Under the pieces are notes generated by a model. That model was not told the DNA's origin and ran no database searches. It was given only the letters and a program-made list of their open reading frames with translations. A DNA stretch of 64,000 nucleotides from Thalia democratica. Taxonomy: Eukaryota. The stretch lies in the NCBI GenBank assembly GCA_965202585.1, contig OZ241833.1, forward strand, positions 44,206,001 through 44,270,000, given 5' to 3'. A program made the position numbers and the translations under genes. The stretch's first letter is position 1, and every line of letters begins with the position of its first letter. Below, one piece after another: positions 60,831 to 64,000 of the stretch.

Positions 60831-61869
60831 AACCAATAGAATTGACGGAGCTTACTGTTGGTTATAGTTAAAAATCAATAAGATAATAAGTAAATACAAA
60901 GAGAACGAACTACAAAAAAATTTTGAAGTAACAATATACTTTGAAATGTGTAGTTAAAAACTCTAAAAGTTATAAAAATTGTTTTAAAAGTTTGTTTTAG
61001 TTAATTACATGTCAGGCGTTAGAAAAAATAAAGCTTAAAGTTGGCTACAACTTGAAACGGAAAAGTTAAAATAGAATTAAAATCTAAGACAAGGGACTAT
61101 AATGAAACTATACTGTTAAATTTTGATTTAACGTGTTAAAATACTTTATACACTAATACTGCTTATTGTTGGATTTATGTTAAACTGAAAAACTAATAAT
61201 TAAATAAACTAATGATAATAATAATACAAATTTTAAAAAATAAAATAAAAACAGAGGCAAGAAACTAAAAAACTCAAGTTGTAATAATTTTACTTAAATT
61301 ATTTTAATTATTGAAAACAAAAATTTCTATAAGATAGATTTTTTGTACTTAATCGAAACTTTATTACTAAACATGTAAAAATTATTTAAAATTACAGGTT
61401 TATTTTTATTTTTAGGTTTATTGAAATTTCAAGTTTTTTTTTGCAACCCTGACCTATTATGCCTGCGAATTTTGACAGTATTCTGTAATAAAAAAATGTC
61501 GTATTATTATTAACTTTTTACAAATTTTTACTACTTTTATACAATACAAACCTATACTAATGGACATTACTCTGAAAAAATTAATTTTTATTACAGTTTT
61601 TGCATTTGAGTATTCTTTTTAATTCATATTAATTAGTTAAATTACAATTCTCATAAACATTTAAAATCAATTTGATATAAATATCTTTAGAATTTTGATT
61701 AATTTTAATATTTGAACTTAAAAAGTGTTAATAGTCTTTATGGAAAAATATTTTCTATTTGAACAGATCTATGCAAAACATCAAAAATCAAGATAAATTA
61801 AAACTTTTTGTTATCAACATATTTTTGCCCCTTTCTTTATTTGGGCTGAAAAAGACCATTATTTATTGC

Positions 61870-62070
61870 TTATACAGGTGCCATTGCAAAAGCTAAGCGA
61901 GTTGAAATATGTATTGTGTGAGCGAAAACTTTGAAAACTCAATTGTTGCGTCATAGACAACTTTAAACGCAGTGAGATGCGATTCCCTAGTGGAAGAATG
62001 TTAGTGGCAACAAATTTAAACACTTGAACCGAATTTCGAAAGAAAGAAAACTCGATTTATTAGATAGAAA
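61870..62070 (+). repeat. Dispersed repeat, homologous to 60595-60830
   Basis: See 60595-60830. Confidence 0.6.
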
Positions 62071-63098
62071 GTTTCAATTAGTGTTTTATAAGCAATTTTT
62101 TTCTGGATTTTTTGTTTTTTTAAAATAATTTAATGAAATTTCTTCGAGCTGTACAATCTAAAAATCGTTTATATTGTCTGTATATTTTAAAAGTGAAGCT
62201 TGTATTAGTTCTATTCTATAAAACTTAGAACCAGAATTATATAAACATAGAACCAGGATGTTTGAAATTATTCTTTAAAGTTTTAAATAATATTTGAGTT
62301 AGTTTAATTGCGAAAATTTTACTTTCAGATACCTTTAATAGTATTGATGTTTAAAATATTATTTATGTACTATATAAGTTACAATTTAAAACTATGTTAC
62401 CGTGATTGTTTAGTACTGTTTTGAAGTTTTATAATTTAATTGTTTTGTTACGGGCTTTAGCGAAAAACTATAGCTTTAAAGTGTTTGACAGTTTCTTATA
62501 ACTTCGCTTAACACAACACTTTTTAAAAATGCTTACCACACTATATATTTCAGATTGTATAAATGTTTCAATACAAAACTCTAAATAATAACCTAGTTTT
62601 TGAAACAAATTTAAAGTTGTATAAAATTATGGTTTAGCTTTAGTGTTGTGATTTTGTTTTAGTTTTTCTATCACCATTTTAATAGGTTCTTTTAAGGTTA
62701 ATATGTGTCTAGCACTTAGTTCAAAACTAACTTTTGTTAAATTAGCTGCCATTTAGAAAGTTCTTTGAAATTAACTAGCATTTTTAGTAAACTTAAAAAA
62801 ATATTTAAAGATAAATAGTTGTATACTTAAAAAGTTTTAAATTTTTAAATAAAAATGGAGCAAAATACTCATAAATTGTAGATATCAAGTATTATGTATA
62901 AACATTAAGCAAAACAACAATTAATCAATAGATCAAAATTAAAGATAGTATAAGAGAATATCTGATTCTTATAACTTATTTGTTATTCATTAGAATTTTT
63001 TTTTAAACGCACACACACACTCTAATCTTGCAGTAAAGACACGAACGATGTTAGTACTTTTATAAAAACAAAGCTATAACATGAAAGATCAAGTGATG

Positions 63099-63745
63099 AA
63101 CTATAAACAGATTTTACATATATATATATATATAATTAAGTTATTTAACTTGATAAATTATATCTTTCACACTGAGCCCACCTTAAGGGCTTTGTTAATA
63201 AAAAAGTTTATTTCAAGATGTAAAACTCAAAGGACTCGAGTTTCGTGCCTATGCACTCATCAGCTTAAAAACAAGTTTAAAATAAAGCACAAAACAAAAA
63301 ACACAGATAAAAGTTAAAAAGTTTCATTGTTGATAGTTTCAAAACTACGTCATAATCTATTTATGCTAAATTTTTTAACTTTCATTTGTGTGTTTTGTTT
63401 TGTGGTTTATTTTAAACTTGTTTTGAAGCTGATGAGTGCATAGGCACGAAACTCGAGTCCTTTGAGTTTTACATCTTGAAATAAACTGTTTATTATAGTT
63501 ATATATATATATATAGAATTAAGTTATTTAACTTAATAAATTAAATTTTTTCACCCTGAGCCCACCTTGAGGGCTTTATTAATAAAAAGGTTTATTTAAA
63601 GATGTGAAACTCAAAGGACTCGAGTTTCGTGCCTATGCACTTATCAGCTTCAAAACAAGTTTAAAATAAAGCACAAAACAAAATCACGAATGAAAGTTAA
63701 AAATTTTTTGCATAAATAGATTATGACGTAATTTTGAAACTATCA
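63099..63745. repeat. Direct-inverted-direct triplication with (TA)n tracts
   Basis: Copy 1 (+) about 63135-63320, copy 2 (-) 63331-63486, copy 3 (+) about 63517-63745; 63206-63266 is the exact reverse complement of 63426-63486. Confidence 0.9.
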
Positions 63746-64000
63746 AAAATCATGCAAAACAGCTTGTGCAAAAGTTAATTTACCAATCGACAATAAACTG
63801 GCAAAAATTCATAAAACTTCAGTGAGTAACTATATATTAGGAAAGATAATTGAAAGAGATAAAGATAAAATTAAGATGCACATTGAAGTTTAGGTTATTT
63901 TAAGATGAAATTAAAACTTGTTAAACTTTAAAAGCGACTTTTTTATATGTCTACAAGACGATACAAACTCGCTTCTTTTATTATACTATATATATATATA

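Overview
AT-rich, intron-rich animal (bilaterian invertebrate) genomic DNA with relatively GC3-rich exons in a transposon-littered background. The main gene is a complete 16-exon MCM7 (+, 22280-43782). I assembled it by hand: 2214 nt, 737 aa plus stop, all junctions GT-AG and phase-consistent. Its intron 14 (40940-43188, after ...LATAL) holds two miR-92-family hairpins, apparently the same intron that hosts miR-106b/93/25 in vertebrate MCM7. A convergent minus-strand unit (60266 down to 47490) seems to carry three separate ORFs: a spliced ORF of about 134 aa, a 152-aa ORF reached by an alternative acceptor, and a 124-aa membrane-protein ORF in the last exon. A single-coding-exon membrane-anchored gene with an internal duplication and frameshifts lies at 10155-12043. 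The rest is hAT-type MITEs with TSDs, a hAT transposase relic, TTAA-flanked foldback elements and an LTR-like island. There are also three tandem arrays seeded on functional ends (two exon/donor ends, one miRNA arm) and an inverted triplication near the right end. The species cannot be determined from the sequence alone.
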